DNA from: Squalus acanthias
Lineage: Eukaryota
Direction of reading: 5' to 3'
Length of the DNA: 64,000 nucleotides
NCBI GenBank assembly: GCA_030390025.1
Contig: CM059434.1
Location: forward strand, 111,352,001 to 111,416,000
The position numbers and the translations under genes are program-made. Of this stretch, positions 62,128 through 64,000 are shown one piece after another. Each line of letters opens with the position of its first letter. The stretch's first letter is position 1. A model generated the notes under the pieces. That model was not told the origin of the DNA and searched no databases. It saw only the letters and a list, made by a program, of their open reading frames with translations.

Positions 62128-62910
62128 GGGGGCGATTTTGTCAATGGGGGCGCGTTAGAGGCGGGACTGCTGCTTGTCGGGTTTTAGTCCCGCCTCCATC
62201 GACTTCTGGCCAACCCACGCTATTTTCCCTTGATTGACCTTGTTAAGCCCGCCCAGCGGGCTTAGCAGGCCAATTAAGGGAAAGCCGGTTACAGAGAACG
62301 TCAGCGTATGATGTTTCATCTGTCAAAAATTTTTGACAGATGAATTGTCATCGTTTGACAGCTCTGTGAAGCTGTCAAACACTGACATTCTCTGTTGTTT
62401 GATGAGTCCTTGTATTCAAGACTCATCAAACCTCTTTCTTTAGCAGAAATTAGATGGTTGTTGCATTGGAGAATGCAGCAGCCATCTGTCATCTCTGCCG
62501 GTGAGATGCGAGACTCTCCGCATCCCCAACACTTGAAGCCTGCAGGAAGAAACAAAGGTAAGTAAACATTTTCTATCACTTTCCACTCACCTCACATACT
62601 TACCTCTCCACACTTGCACCCATCACTTACCTCAACAGCGCACTTTTGGACCCCTCCGACCCCCGCACACCCACTGCTCGCCTTGCTGACCCTGGCGGGG
62701 TTCGCAGCCTTCGGGAAGCCCACACTTGTGTGGGTAAAATGGGGATAATCCTCTTATCTGCCTGTTAACTACCTGTCGGCTACCCGCCTCCTGGGAAGAT
62801 GGCACGGAGGCGGGTTGGGGGCGGGATGGGCACTCGCCCCCAGATTCTGGCATTTTCCAGGCAGTCCCGCCTCCAAACCCGCCTCCCCAGGGCTGGCAAG
62901 ATTGCGCCCC
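62128..62910 (-). mobile_element. Harbinger-type MITE copy B (inverted relative to A)
   Basis: Reverse complement of 60784-61604 over its length, apart from a ~65-bp deletion. Confidence 0.85.
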
Positions 62911-63467
62911 TGGAATTCGATGATAATATGATCACTGTTAGATAAATGTTTCCTTACGGTTAGATTATTAACTAAGTCTGGCTCTTTACTCATTAGTAAA
63001 TCTAGCATGGCCTGCCCTCTTGTTGGTTATAGAATATATTGCGCCAGAAAACTATCTTGAATGCACTCAAGAAATTTACTACCTTTCTGACTTGAGCTAC
63101 TCTGCTCTTCCCAATCTATATGAAAATTAAAGTCTCCCATTAAAACAACTCTGCTTTCGCTACAAGCCTCTACAACCTCTGAATTCATACATCCTGCCAC
63201 TTCATTGCTGCGACAAGAAAATCTGTAATGGATCATTTTCATATTGTTTCAGATATCTGCTTTTAACCTGTTAGGTGTTCAAACCATTGGTTTTGGGAAA
63301 TGTTCATCATCTGTTTCTCAGACCACATTAAATAATGGCTAATACAATATTCTGATTAATCATAAGAGACAGCTTATGGATGGTTTCTTGAACAAACAAT
63401 GCTTCATGCTTAAATTTAATTAGAAGTCGCACAACACCAGGTTATAGTCCAACAGATTTGTTTAAAA

Positions 63468-63505
63468 TTACAAGCTTTCGGAGCTGTCGCCCCTTCCTCA
63501 GGTAG
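63468..63505 (-). ncRNA. Minimal hammerhead ribozyme motif in a Penelope-like fragment (63421-63505)
   Basis: TAC-CTGAGGA-A-GGGGC(gaca)GCTCC-GAAA-GC-TT-GTA. Confidence 0.6.
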
Positions 63506-64000
63506 AGTTAATTAAACACAGTAGACCGATCTACATACGAAAGAATATATTGCTGAATATTTACTTGGTTTGAGATATTCACAATGAAAGAAAACCAGTT
63601 ATTTTTAATCATAAGGATATCTGCAGTTTAAAGCTATGAAACAACGTGATCTAGGATTGAGGCCATTTAACATTAAAATCAAGGAAACAGAGCAATTTGA
63701 TCTCCTGATCTAATTTGTTCTCCAACAAGGTGCCTTACCCCCAACCTTAAAAGAGCAACCATTACTTCAACAGTGAGAATTTTTCCATTTCCCACAGCAG
63801 CCATCCTGTGGCTTCTATGATTGAAGATGCCAGTTCATGGCCAAATTACAGTCTGGGTTTAGACTGCACAAATAATGTCTGATGCAACTTTCTGATTAAT
63901 GACAGGAGATTGCTGGTAAATGCTTTCTCAAACAGCAAGACTGGCCATTCACAGAATGTGCAGGATAAAGCTCATTTCTTAAGGTCCTTATAGTTTGTAG

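Larger units (their letters stand above)
60320..63200 (-). mobile_element. Decayed CR1 ORF2 fragment interrupted by two MITEs
   Basis: VVLMGDFNFHIDW, LDLLMSKEP..SDH, KSPGIDGFHPRVLKEV, YRPVSLTSVVG. Confidence 0.88.

Noticed and set aside
39108-64000. LHFPL3 exon 2 or other host exons
   Set aside because: No GCMIFPDGW-like segment was seen; the short ORFs are TE-derived or random, so the region is treated as intron 1.

Overview
Eukaryotic vertebrate DNA, most likely a shark or other elasmobranch judging by the repeat families. There are no prokaryotic features and no CRISPR array. Two host genes lie head-to-head, as in the conserved vertebrate ORC5-LHFPL3 synteny. ORC5 is on the - strand (three coding exons at 5441-5551, 4247-4339 and 1075-1278, with a probable CpG-island promoter at ~11.4-11.7 kb). 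LHFPL3 is on the + strand (coding exon 1 at 38705-39107, followed by a long intron 1). Most of the rest is transposable elements: nested CR1, RTE and L2 LINEs, SINEs, Penelope-like fragments carrying minimal hammerhead ribozymes, and a dense set of PIF/Harbinger DNA transposons. The Harbinger set includes a complete 4.3-kb two-gene element (transposase plus spliced Myb/SANT gene), deletion derivatives and MITEs. Also present are a 1.7-kb 15-mer minisatellite grown inside a foldback element next to the ORC5 promoter and a 1.67-kb LTR-like segment. All calls were made by eye and by recall of family sequences; no searches were run.
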